From: Candidatus Latescibacterota bacterium
Lineage (GTDB): Bacteria; Latescibacterota; UBA2968; SICM01
Direction of reading: 5' to 3'
Length of the DNA stretch: 64,000 bases
Assembly (NCBI GenBank): GCA_965217865.1
Contig: CBDCJO010000001.1
Span: 96,001-160,000, forward strand
Positions 50,639-60,625 of the stretch are shown in pieces. The notes below the pieces were generated by a model. That model saw only the letters and a program-made list of their open reading frames with translations, made no database searches and was not told the DNA's origin. The position numbers were made by a program, and so were the translations under genes. Every line of letters starts with the position of its first letter. Position 1 is the first letter of the stretch.

Positions 50639-51757
50639 TCAGCCGGAGATCAGCCCCCCAACAACCTCGGCCGCCTTCAATCCCGATCCCGTGAGGATGA
50701 CAACGGACAATCCGCCCTGATTTTCCTCCAGGTAACGGCCGGCAGTCGCAAGTGAAACGGCTGCGGTCGGCTCGATAAAGATCCCCCGTTTAACCCCCCT
50801 TCGAAGCGCCTCGATCGTCTCCTCATCCGAGATGGAGAAGACCCGCCCCCCCGTCTTCCGAATCGCCCGTAACATCTGTCCGCCTCGAACCGGTTCCGCA
50901 ACGGCGATCCCCTCGGCAATCGTTTCCCCCTTTTTAATTTTTGCTGCTTCGTCCAATCCGGCGTGAAAAGCTTCGGCCAGAGGCGAGCAGCCCGCGGCCT
51001 GTCCTGCGATCAGTCGGGGCAAGCGATCTATGATATTCGCGGATTTCAGGTCCGAAAACCCTTGATAAAGCCCCAGGAGAAGGGTCCCATTCCCAGCGGG
51101 ACAGATCAGCGCATCGGGCGACCGCCAGTCCAGCTGTTCGCAGATCTCATAGGCCACGGTCTTGGTCCCTTGGAAAAAGAATGGATTCCTGCAGTGGCTG
51201 GCATAATAGGCGGACCCGGATGCCTTGAAAGCAGCTTTGGCGACGTCCTCCCGCGAACCCCGAATCGGATGAAGGTTAGCCCCGGTTGCAGTGATCTGGA
51301 CCAGCTTTCCTGGGGAGGCATGCTCCGGGGCATAGATGTCGCAGCCGATCCCGGCCAGAGCGCAGTATGCGGCGATCGCAGCTCCGGCATTCCCCGACGA
51401 ATCTTCCACAACCTGCGGGATTCCCAGGGCTCGTGCGTGCGTCACGAGGGCGGTAGCGCCCCGGTCCTTGAAAGATCCGGTCGGAAAGAGGTGGTCCAAT
51501 TTCCAAAACACCTCCGCACCCTGATCCGGGGATCGGACAAGGGGCGTCATTCCCTCCTGGAACGTCACGGGATCGCCGAGCACGGCTATCGCTTCACGGT
51601 ATCGCCATAGTGTCGGAGGCCGGCGGGCGATCGCTCGACGGTCGAAACTGGGCTCCGATACGATATCGAGCAAGCCGCCACAGACACAGCCCCATACCGG
51701 TTCAACCAGGTCATAAGTGCGGTCGCAGGAATCACAATTTAGATATGAAGGCTTCAC
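50639..51757 (-). CDS. Threonine synthase-like PLP-dependent enzyme (second paralog)
   Basis: N-terminal CxxC..CxC, EG.TPL, PTGSFKDRG, DSSGNAG, PAGNG, EPTAA, LTGSGLK. Confidence 0.85.
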   Translation of the reverse strand: MKPSYLNCDSCDRTYDLVEPVWGCVCGGLLDIVSEPSFDRRAIARRPPTLWRYREAIAVLGDPVTFQEGMTPLVRSPDQGAEVFWKLDHLFPTGSFKDRGATALVTHARALGIPQVVEDSSGNAGAAIAAYCALAGIGCDIYAPEHASPGKLVQITATGANLHPIRGSREDVAKAAFKASGSAYYASHCRNPFFFQGTKTVAYEICEQLDWRSPDALICPAGNGTLLLGLYQGFSDLKSANIIDRLPRLIAGQAAGCSPLAEAFHAGLDEAAKIKKGETIAEGIAVAEPVRGGQMLRAIRKTGGRVFSISDEETIEALRRGVKRGIFIEPTAAVSLATAGRYLEENQGGLSVVILTGSGLKAAEVVGGLISG

Positions 51758-51884
51758 GCCTGCCTCCCTTTTTATTCGACATTAACCCTTTACACATACC
51801 CCCGCATGTGTTAGCTTATCGGATTCCCGATCAAATCAATCCTCAAATTCCCAAATTGCTTACCCTCTATCCGGAGGAACTACG

Positions 51885-52655
51885 ATGCTATCGAGCAGTC
51901 TGAAGGAAAAACTCCGCAACAACCAGGAAGTCATCGGCGTCATGATGACTTTCGATTTCTGGCCAGGTTATCTTGAGATCTGTCAGAAACAGGGAGTGGA
52001 TTTTTTCATGCTCGACATGGAGCACGGCCAAGTCGAATTGCCCCGGGTCGAGGAGCTTTGCCGGACCGCCAGACTGCTTGACATCCCCATGCTCATCCGA
52101 CCTCAAAGCTGCAACGATGACCTTATCAAGCGGGCAATCGACATCGGCGGGGGCGGATTGATCATACCCTGGATGGAGTCACAGGAACAACTCGATACCC
52201 TCTACAATTCGGCCTTCTGTCCGCCGCGAGGCCGACACGGGATGGGGGGCCCGATGATCTTTTCAGGAGACGGCGTCACAAGCAAGGATTGGAAAAAGTT
52301 AGAGGATGACCTCTTCATTACGTGCCAGATCGAAACCCCCAAAGGCCTGGATTTCGCTCCTGAGGTGGCGAGGCAGGACTGGATCGACGCCTTGATGCTG
52401 GGTCCTTATGACCTTGCCCATAATATGGGGTTGGTCGATCAATTTCTAAAGTCCGAGGAGCACATCCGTGCCATAGAACGGGTTGGTGAAGCTGCACACG
52501 CGCACGGCAAATGGGCATGTATGGTATGCGGGACGGGTGAGGACGCCAGAAAATGGTTCGACAAAGGCTTCGAGATGATTATCATGGGTACGATCGCCAC
52601 CCATTTCATCCAGAGTATTTCCAACAACCTGGCCAAAGCGCGGCCGAAAGGATAG
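51885..52655 (+). CDS. HpcH/HpaI aldolase family protein
   Basis: DMEHG, PP.GRHG, QIET, GPYDLA. Confidence 0.88.
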   Translation: MLSSSLKEKLRNNQEVIGVMMTFDFWPGYLEICQKQGVDFFMLDMEHGQVELPRVEELCRTARLLDIPMLIRPQSCNDDLIKRAIDIGGGGLIIPWMESQEQLDTLYNSAFCPPRGRHGMGGPMIFSGDGVTSKDWKKLEDDLFITCQIETPKGLDFAPEVARQDWIDALMLGPYDLAHNMGLVDQFLKSEEHIRAIERVGEAAHAHGKWACMVCGTGEDARKWFDKGFEMIIMGTIATHFIQSISNNLAKARPKG

Positions 52656-52666
52656 CGCCCCCTTAG

Positions 52667-54192
52667 CAGCCCGTTGAAGAACTACCTTTCAACGCACATA
52701 AACGGAAAAGACGCCTGGAGTGCGGGTCAGATAAATCAAGGTAAGGAGATTGAGCAGGAGACGCTGATAAGAGGTTAAAAAGGTGACCGAGGGCAGCAAA
52801 CGTGATTGTAGGACGAGCAGTAGACGCTGCAAGGCCTTGGCCAGGTCCTGGAGGGCCTTCGGAGTACCTACGCCCATCACTTTGCGCATGAGCAGAGCCA
52901 GGTTGCAGCCCCCGATGTGGATCAGCAAACGCTTGAGGATATTGCCGCGGTCTCTCAAGTGCAACCTGCGCATGCCACCGGTATCATATGTGTGAGCGAT
53001 GGTTCTTTCCACCCGTTCTGCACGACTTCGGCGCAAGGCCTTGCCGCGATCTCCCTTGATCCGGCGTCGATTCGCATATACCGCGGCCTGCTCATCTCGT
53101 CGGCCGTTCCACTTGCGGCGTCCCCGATCCGGTTCTGAAATGTAACTCCGGATGCCGCCTTGCTTCAGACTGGTCAATACATCGTTGCTATGATATCCTT
53201 TGTCCGCAACCACCTCCCGTATACGCTGTCTGTGCAAACGTTTGGCAGCTTTTTCGTCCTTCGCGACCTGCTTGAGATTGAGCTGCGCCTCGAGCAGCGT
53301 CCAGGGCAACGACTCGGTATCTCCTTCATCTGCTCCCGACAACGCCACTGCCACAATGGCATTGGTGTCCAGATCCACCGCGTGCTCCACCTTGTGCGCC
53401 ATGTGCGTGCGACCGTCCTTCATCTTAGCGATCTTGGCATCCGGGTCGTGCGGGTGCTCCCAGTCCTGGTTCGATCCCTTCTTCGGTCGCTTCTTATCGA
53501 TCTTGGACAAGTCCTCGCGGGTAGGCGTTTCAATGCCCGAGGCCTTGGCCAGATTCTCAAGGAATGCCTGGTAGCCTTCACCCGTGTCACGGCGTACAAT
53601 GCTGCGCATCGCGGCGTTGGCCTCCAGTGTCGTAGCATCCACGCCCAACGTCTTCCCCTTCACCAGACCCGCTTTGCACAAGACCCTCAGGATCCACTTG
53701 AAAACCGCTTCGTGAACTTCCAAGGGAAGCCGATGCCGGATGCGAGACAGGCTGGAATGATCCGGGGTCTGTTCGTCAAGGGCATACCCCAAAAACCGGC
53801 GCAACGTCAGCGAGTCAGATACACGCCATTCGATCCCACGTTCCGAATCAAGTCCCTCGAAATACCCAATCAAAAGCATCCGAAAATAAACCCCGGGCGG
53901 AATGCCCTTGCGACCCATATGAGGAGCGTAATACCGCTGGCAAAGCCCCTCGACGAACTCGTCGAAGCCGTTCGCCCCCAATACCTGATTCAGCTTCTCG
54001 TAGAACGGATGACCCGGAGATTTCACCAAAGTGTTCGATGCGATGAACAGGTTTTCCTGTCTCTGTCGGCCTCGTTTTCCCATTGCCATTTGCTCGTCCT
54101 CCCTTCTCAGTTTGAACCTGATATATCATAGGACCAAACCACAAGGAAAGACAATAGTCATCTTGGCATAAACGCACTTTTTCAACAGGCTG
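52667..54192 (-). mobile_element. IS1182-family (IS5-related) insertion sequence, 1526 bp
   Basis: Terminal IRs CAGCCCGTTGAAGAA / CAGCCTGTTGAAAAA; flanked by TTAG and CTAG. Confidence 0.85.
52689..54089 (-). CDS. DDE transposase, IS1182 family
   Basis: GR..IPP, SER, TPDHSSLSR.R, VDAT..EANA, ADKGY, RR...VER..A. Confidence 0.92.
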   Translation of the reverse strand: MAMGKRGRQRQENLFIASNTLVKSPGHPFYEKLNQVLGANGFDEFVEGLCQRYYAPHMGRKGIPPGVYFRMLLIGYFEGLDSERGIEWRVSDSLTLRRFLGYALDEQTPDHSSLSRIRHRLPLEVHEAVFKWILRVLCKAGLVKGKTLGVDATTLEANAAMRSIVRRDTGEGYQAFLENLAKASGIETPTREDLSKIDKKRPKKGSNQDWEHPHDPDAKIAKMKDGRTHMAHKVEHAVDLDTNAIVAVALSGADEGDTESLPWTLLEAQLNLKQVAKDEKAAKRLHRQRIREVVADKGYHSNDVLTSLKQGGIRSYISEPDRGRRKWNGRRDEQAAVYANRRRIKGDRGKALRRSRAERVERTIAHTYDTGGMRRLHLRDRGNILKRLLIHIGGCNLALLMRKVMGVGTPKALQDLAKALQRLLLVLQSRLLPSVTFLTSYQRLLLNLLTLIYLTRTPGVFSVYVR

Positions 54193-54281
54193 CTAGCAGG
54201 AGAAGAGGACGATGACGTTCATTTCATTTATATAATAATCTCGCCTTTCCCTATTATGAAAAATTAGAACATTTGGGTTTT

Positions 54282-54334
54282 CCCCTCTCCCGGCATCCGG
54301 GAGAGGGGTGCCGAGCCTGCGAGGCGGGGTGAGG
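54282..54334 (-). repeat. REP-like element with CCCCTCTCCC/GGGAGAGGGG hairpin
   Basis: Inverse copy of 21731-21766 plus a completed hairpin. Confidence 0.8.
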
Positions 54335-54407
54335 GAGCATCGCGGATTGCCGATTGATGAATTCGAATTGATGACCTCAATCGAATTTCCGAACCCCGAG
54401 TCACGAT

Positions 54408-55676
54408 TCACGGCCTTTCCGTTCCGGCACCCCCGTATATCCACATCGTGTGACGATTGTAGAATATGCTCTCCTCCACCCCGTCCCCGTTGACATCTTC
54501 TCTTTCGAACCCAACGAAGTTCCCGTAGTCCGCAACGGCATAGGGATCCTCTTTGGGAGGTTTTATCGCCCCCAGTAGATTCTCATCTGCTTCGAAGGCC
54601 ATCACCGGTTCCAATCGACCGTCAACAAGGACTGGAGGTCTATCGGGCTCCCGGTAGAGCAGCAGATCCTCCGAATCGTCCGGGTGCCACCTAATAGGGG
54701 TTACGTTCGCTCCCTTTCGGGTCCAGATCGGTGTTCCACCCAGGTCGTAGGCCGTGATCCCCCCCCATTTCTCGGAACAGATCAGATCCAGTCCCGGCCG
54801 ACTCCGTTCCAGTTTCGCGAAACAAACATCCTGGGTGTGGTTTCCTTCCAGACGGTCGATCAGATTGCCTTTGATGTCGCAGACGATCGCGTCTTTACTC
54901 CCTGCATATACAATCTCGAGCACACCGTCCCCATCTCTGTCCGCCACATCCCGGTTGTCGCAATGTTCGTGCGGGTCCGGGATATCCAGGGTCCAGAGGG
55001 TGGTCCCGTCGTGGTCCACCAGGTTGTAACCCACCAGAATCTCCTCTTTGCCGTCCCCGTCGGAGTCGATCGCCCACGGATTGTGTCCTGCGCCGATATA
55101 GGGCCTGGCCGGCCAGTGTAAGTCTAGATTCGAATCATACCAAACCACGGGATTCCCATAGCTGTAAGGCTCGTATGATGCATCCTGGACCTTCAGTAAA
55201 AACACCCGCCTGTGGGGATCTCCTTCCACATTCACCGAAAGGACCACGGCGAAATTGTCCGCCTCCAGGACGGTCTCCCCTTTCAGTTCCCCCGACCAGG
55301 CATCCAACATCACCAATCGATCCTTGTGCACATACACCATTTCCGTGTGTCCGTCTCCGTCGACGTCGTGGAATGCCGCCTGCTGCATCCCCCCGTGTGT
55401 CCGCCACGGTCGATCCAGATCCCACGGGGAGCCTCGCTGCCAGATCACGTTTCCCTCCAGGTCCATCATCGATACGCAGTGATGGTCCTGGTCCGCCTCC
55501 TCGATCCAATGGTTCTCCTTGAAGGTTCCCATCCGGTAGAGCCTTGAGTCCAGCATCCCGGCGCTCTGGATCGAGATCATGCGCAGCTCCCCGCCCTCCT
55601 CGACGCGTAAAAACCAGCGGTGCTGACCGCCGCAGGGACTCAGGTGGACCCTCTTAATAAGGGGAATCTCTTTCAC
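54408..55676 (-). CDS. FG-GAP-type beta-propeller protein resembling the PL11 rhamnogalacturonan lyase fold
   Basis: DVDGDG..E, GAGHNPWAIDSDGDGKEEILVGYNLVDHDG, H.D, DRDGDG; GTG start behind GGAGG. Confidence 0.6.
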   Translation of the reverse strand: MKEIPLIKRVHLSPCGGQHRWFLRVEEGGELRMISIQSAGMLDSRLYRMGTFKENHWIEEADQDHHCVSMMDLEGNVIWQRGSPWDLDRPWRTHGGMQQAAFHDVDGDGHTEMVYVHKDRLVMLDAWSGELKGETVLEADNFAVVLSVNVEGDPHRRVFLLKVQDASYEPYSYGNPVVWYDSNLDLHWPARPYIGAGHNPWAIDSDGDGKEEILVGYNLVDHDGTTLWTLDIPDPHEHCDNRDVADRDGDGVLEIVYAGSKDAIVCDIKGNLIDRLEGNHTQDVCFAKLERSRPGLDLICSEKWGGITAYDLGGTPIWTRKGANVTPIRWHPDDSEDLLLYREPDRPPVLVDGRLEPVMAFEADENLLGAIKPPKEDPYAVADYGNFVGFEREDVNGDGVEESIFYNRHTMWIYGGAGTERP

Positions 55677-55955
55677 TCCGGTCCTCCTGAAAAAAAAAGA
55701 CCGCACCTTTTCCAAAGTGCGGCATGTCATCCAAGTTCAGGGCAAAAGAAAATGTCCCGATTGAATTTGGCTAAGAGACGTTTACCATGTTTGTCCAACT
55801 GAAGGAATTAAGATACGATTCTATCGATTACAAATCAAGAGGAGAACAGTGCGATGCCCAAATTTTGACCCCTGACCCTATCTCCGTTCCTCGAATCTCA
55901 GTTTCTGTCTTTTGGTTTTCCCGTTTGCCTTTTTACGTTTGCCGTCTGCCTTCCG

Positions 55956-58342
55956 CTACTTCGCAAACAACATCTTCCGTAACGCAGTGTTAGTGGCCGC
56001 CTCCAACCGATACAGATATATCCCGGTAGACACACCGCGACCTGAGGCATCCCGACCATCCCACCGTACCCTGTAATCACCCGGAGAATGGGGGGCGTCG
56101 ACAAGCATCCGGATCTGCTGACCCTGGATGTTGTAGATCGTCAGCCTTACATTGGACGCCTCCGGGACCGAGTACCGGATCGTGGTTTCGGGGTTGAAGG
56201 GGTTCGGATAGTTCTGGTCCAGCCTGAAGGACAGAGGCCTCCCGGGGTCCATGGCCAAACGAACCTCCGGGGATCCGCCCAACACACTCCCGCCTCCTCC
56301 TAACAGATTCCGATCCCCGGACCCGATCTTGGCAACTTTGGCATGGTCGTTGTCTTTTCCTTTACCCTTGGGAACAGGCACTTCCACCAGATCCGAGACA
56401 TTCCCTGAGGAATCCGTCGAATACGCGAGCAGATTGGGAGCCGGTCCAGAGGCACCGATTAGGTTCAGGTCCTCGTCGAAGGCATACTTCCAGACGGCCT
56501 TTTGGTGCCCGTCATCATCATCGTCCTTCTTTTTATGTTTAACAACCAGCTTCACCTTCTGTTCGTTCATCACCGGGAAACCGCCCGCCAGGATCGCCTC
56601 GTTCAACAGGTTTTTCAGGGCCGGTTCATCCGGCCCTTTGAGTTTCACCACGATCTTGCTCTTCTTGATCTTGATCTTGATCCTGTTCTTCTTCTTGTGC
56701 TTGTAGCTTACCTCGAACAAGTCCGTCGGTGTCAGGGGCTGGCGGATCACGCCTGTTTCCTCGGGATCGGGATCACACAGGTCCGCGCCTTCCATCAACA
56801 CACAGAAGACATTCTTTCCGGCATGTTTGTCACCGTCGTCATCGTCGTCATCATCATGATAGAGATCATCCATACCATGGTGATGTGCGTGTTTCGCAGA
56901 AACCAGCGCCGCCCTGATTTCCGGCGGAATCGTATCCACTACGTTCACCAGCTGCTCGGCAGATGCCGCATTTCCGCTCGCATCTGTAGCCGCCCAGGTC
57001 ACGATCGTCGTCCCGAGAAAGAACAGCTCCGGCGCGTCGTTGGTGACCGTCGGCGAAGGATCACAGATGTCAGTGGCCGTGGCCGTCCCGATCTCAACCG
57101 CTTGACCGTCCTGGCTGGAGCATTCGACCGTGATATCCGAAGGGATGGTCAAAACCGGCGGCGTGGCATCATCCTCTACTGTGACATTCTGGGTGGCGAA
57201 GGCTGTATTCCCGCTGGCATCCGTGGCCGTCCACGTCACAATCGTCGTCCCAAGCGGGAATTGGGCCGGCGCGTCGTTCGTGATCGTCGGCGAAGGATCG
57301 CAGATGTCGGTCGCCGTAGCCGTCCCGATGTCCACAGGCTGTCCCCCCTGGTCAACGCATTCAACAGCGACGTCCGCAGGTGGGACAAGAACTGGCGGCG
57401 TAGTGTCCTCAACCGTCACGTTCTGGGTTGCTGTCGAAGAGTTTCCACCGGAATCCGTTGCAGTCCAGGTCACGATCGTCGTCCCGAGAGAGAACAGGGA
57501 GGGCGCGTCGTTCGTGATCGTCGGTGAAGGATCGCAGGCGTCCGTCGCCGTTGCAGGCCCCCCGATATTCACGGACTGTCCACCCTGGGCAGAGCATTCG
57601 AACGTGACATCCGCGGGGATGAAAGTGAATACGGGTGGCGTGATATCATCCTCCACCATGACGTTCTGGGTCGCTGTTACCGAATTTCCAGTCGCATCCG
57701 TCGCCGTCCACGTCACGATCGTGGTCCCAAATGGGAAAGATGGAGGAGCGTCGTTGGTCACGCTGGGATTCGGATCACAGATGTCCGTGGCGGTTGCAGT
57801 CCCGATATCCACGTGGCTCTCCGCACGATGCAATGACGTCCGCTGGCGGGGTGAGGTCGGGCGACGTCGTATCCTCAACCTCCACGTTCTGAGTCGCTGT
57901 CGCGGAGTTGCCCGCGGCGTCCGCGGCGGTCCATGTGACCACCGTCGTCCCAAGCTGGAAAAGCGCGGGTGCGTCGTTCGTGATCGTTGGCGAAGGATCG
58001 CAGGCATCCGTCGCCGTTGCAGGCCCCCCGATATTCACGGACTGTCCCCCCTGCGCCGAGCATTCCACCGTAACATCCGCGGGGACGAAGGTGAAAACGG
58101 GCGGCGTGATATCGTCCTCCACCGTGACGTTCTGAGTCGCTGTTGCCGAATTTCCACTCACATCCGCGGCCGTCCACGTCACAATCGTTGTCCCAAATGG
58201 GAAGGATGGAGGAGCATCGTTGGTCACGGTGGGATTCGGATCACAGATGTCCGTAGCCGTGGCGGTCCCGATATTCACGGGCTCTCCGCACGTTGCAATG
58301 ACGTCCGCTGGCACGGTGAGGTCCGGGGAAGTCGTATCCGCC
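55956..58342 (-). pseudogene. HYR-repeat surface protein with His/Asp-rich region and FlgD-Ig-type C-terminal domain; 5'-truncated and frameshifted
   Basis: Six repeats DT(T/I).P....P.DV..C...G.ATATD.CDP.P..TNDAP..F.LGTT.VTW.A.D..GN; extra base at 57814; tail QNYPNPFNP...WDGRD..G..VSTGIYLYRL; no signal peptide. Confidence 0.75.
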
Positions 58343-58511
58343 TCTTTTTGTTTCCACAAAATCCATGAACATCCTATAACGTTTTGAGCCACAAAAAGAT
58401 ATTAATCAAAATAGTGTTTGGAAGGGCTTGTGTAATTCGTTATATTCCCCTTATCTGTGGGGGGAATGGATAGGGGAATAAAAACGCACAACACAAGAGG
58501 GAGGTGTCGAA

Positions 58512-59687
58512 ATGAAGTATAAGGTGACCGCGGCCTTTGTCCGAACGGTGAAGAAGCCGGGCAGGTACGGCGACGGGCACGGGCTCTATCTGCTTGTCAC
58601 GCCGACCGGGGCGCGCTGCTGGGTGCAGAGGTTGGTGATTCGCGGACGGCGGCGCGAGCTCGGCCTGGGCGGCTTTCCCCTCGTCACGCTGGCCGAAGCC
58701 CGCGAGAAGGCTTTTGACAACCGCAGGCTGGCCCGCTCGGGCGGCGATCCGCTCACGGAGAAGCGCAAGGATCAAGGCGTGCCCACGTTCGAGGAAGCAG
58801 CCGCGAGGGTGATAGATATTCACCGGCCTTCCTGGAAGAACGGCGGCAAGAGCGCGGCGCAATGGGAACATTCGCTTCGTCAATACGTGTTCCCGCGCCT
58901 GGGCCGGTGTTCGGTGTCGAACGTGACTACGGCGGACGTGATGTCGGTGTTGACGCGGATCTGGCACGAGAAGCCGGAGACCGCGCGGCGGGTGCGTCAG
59001 CGTATCGGCGTGGTGATGAAGTGGGCCGTAGCGCAAGGTTATCGAGCCGACAACCCCGCCGGTGACGCCATAGATGCAGCGTTGCCTCGGAACGGATTAG
59101 CCAAGAAACACATGAAGGCACTTCCCCATGGCGAGGTCACGGGCGCAGTGGAAGCCGTGCGCAATTCAGAATGTTCCATGGTCGAGAAGCTGGCCTTCGA
59201 GTTTCTGGTATTGACGGCGTGCCGTTCGGGCGAGGTCTTGTCAGCTGCATGGGGCGAAATCGACATGGAAGTCCGCGAGTGGAACATCCCCGGCGAGCGC
59301 ATGAAGGCGAAGCGCCCGCACCGGGTGCCGCTGTCCGGGCGGGCGTTGGAAGTCCTGAATGAAGCGCGGACTCTTTCCCAGGATGGGACCGGTCCGGTGT
59401 TTCCAAGCACCATAAACGGCAAGCCACTGGCGGGCATGTCGAAGATGTTGCGGGCTTTGGACATCAAAGCCGTGCCTCACGGGTTCCGGTCAAGCTTTCG
59501 GGATTGGGCTGCCGAGCAGACGAATCATTCACGCGAGGTCATGGAAGCGGCGCTGGCGCATGTCGTGGACAACCAGACCGAAGCAGCCTACGCGCGTTCG
59601 GACCTGTTCGATCGCCGGCGCAAGCTCATGGACGATTGGGCGGCCTACCTGAACGCCGGCACTGAAGGAGAAGCGTCCCGTGGATGA
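58512..59687 (+). CDS. Tyrosine recombinase/integrase, P4-like with N-terminal arm-binding domain
   Basis: DGHGLYLLV..GLG.FP.VTLAEAR; catalytic set TACRSGE, MK, HGFR, LAH, AAY intact. Confidence 0.95.
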   Translation: MKYKVTAAFVRTVKKPGRYGDGHGLYLLVTPTGARCWVQRLVIRGRRRELGLGGFPLVTLAEAREKAFDNRRLARSGGDPLTEKRKDQGVPTFEEAAARVIDIHRPSWKNGGKSAAQWEHSLRQYVFPRLGRCSVSNVTTADVMSVLTRIWHEKPETARRVRQRIGVVMKWAVAQGYRADNPAGDAIDAALPRNGLAKKHMKALPHGEVTGAVEAVRNSECSMVEKLAFEFLVLTACRSGEVLSAAWGEIDMEVREWNIPGERMKAKRPHRVPLSGRALEVLNEARTLSQDGTGPVFPSTINGKPLAGMSKMLRALDIKAVPHGFRSSFRDWAAEQTNHSREVMEAALAHVVDNQTEAAYARSDLFDRRRKLMDDWAAYLNAGTEGEASRG

Positions 59688-60522
59688 CAAAGCCCGCAAA
59701 CGGGCGGTGTTAAAAGGACCGCGGGGAAACCCTATAGCCTATCTGTGGTTTTATCGCAATCCGGATGCCCGCCTGGCGCTTCCAAAGTTGATCGCAGAAT
59801 CTACAAAAGATTGGACTACATGGGAAAATCTGCAACACCTGCATGAGACCTTGAAGGAGCACAACGAGCCTATTCCGGGAGAGTTGTCGGATTGGGCAAA
59901 TGATGTTGAGACCGGCAAGCGCCGACCGCCGAACTTTGTCCACCGTGGAGCACCGCTGTCAGACCTTCTAACCAATGCGTGGTTTTCCCATAATCCGGAT
60001 GCCCGCCTGGCGCTTCCAACGTGGATCGCCGCATCTACAAAACATCTGATTGCATGGGAAGGTCTGCAACACCTGCATGAGACCATGACGAAGTACAACC
60101 TTCCTATTCCGGGAGAGTTGACGGATTGGTCAAATGATGTTGTGTGGGGAAAACGCGAAAAGCCGAAGCGGAAGAAAGGCGGAGACGGTTTGCAGAACGT
60201 CCTTCGTGACTTTTTCATTGTGATACAAGTTAAGGAGATGCTATTGTATGGGTTTCCCGCAACGTCCACCAGGCAAGAGCCCAAAAGCGCGAGCCGATCC
60301 GCCTGCCACTTCGTAGCAAGCATGCAAAGGACAAAGACCATGGACTACAAAGCAGTATACGTGATCTGGAAGTCTTCCAAATGGGCCAAACTTAAAAAAG
60401 CGCTCGCATTGTATTCCGGCGTCCCTGCCGGGTTCCGGGCCTGGGTTGGCGAGCAGGCCAGAGACAAGCAACTTCTCGACCTCGCCATGAGTGATCTGGA
60501 TTTATCCGATTGGAGGTGGTGA
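59680..60522 (+). CDS. Hypothetical protein with tandem 78-aa duplication
   Basis: WF..NPDARLALP...WE.LQHLHET...PIPGEL.DW.NDV..GKR twice (234-bp period, 59746 and 59980); start overlaps the integrase end. Confidence 0.7.
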   Translation: MDDKARKRAVLKGPRGNPIAYLWFYRNPDARLALPKLIAESTKDWTTWENLQHLHETLKEHNEPIPGELSDWANDVETGKRRPPNFVHRGAPLSDLLTNAWFSHNPDARLALPTWIAASTKHLIAWEGLQHLHETMTKYNLPIPGELTDWSNDVVWGKREKPKRKKGGDGLQNVLRDFFIVIQVKEMLLYGFPATSTRQEPKSASRSACHFVASMQRTKTMDYKAVYVIWKSSKWAKLKKALALYSGVPAGFRAWVGEQARDKQLLDLAMSDLDLSDWRW

Positions 60523-60572
60523 ACAACCCCCCCGGCACAACCGTTTGTTGACATATCTGGATGGTTTCATTT

Positions 60573-60611
60573 GAGGGTAAAGTATCCGAACTGCTTTACC
60601 CTCTTTTTTTT
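60573..60611 (+). terminator. Intrinsic terminator of the integrase operon
   Basis: GAGGGTAAAG...CTTTACCCTC followed by 8 T. Confidence 0.75.
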
Positions 60612-60625
60612 GCCCTCAGCACAGT

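Noticed and set aside
56940-58342. Diversity-generating retroelement template/variable repeats
   Set aside because: These are in-frame HYR domain repeats (465-bp period) without evident adenine-specific differences; no reverse transcriptase
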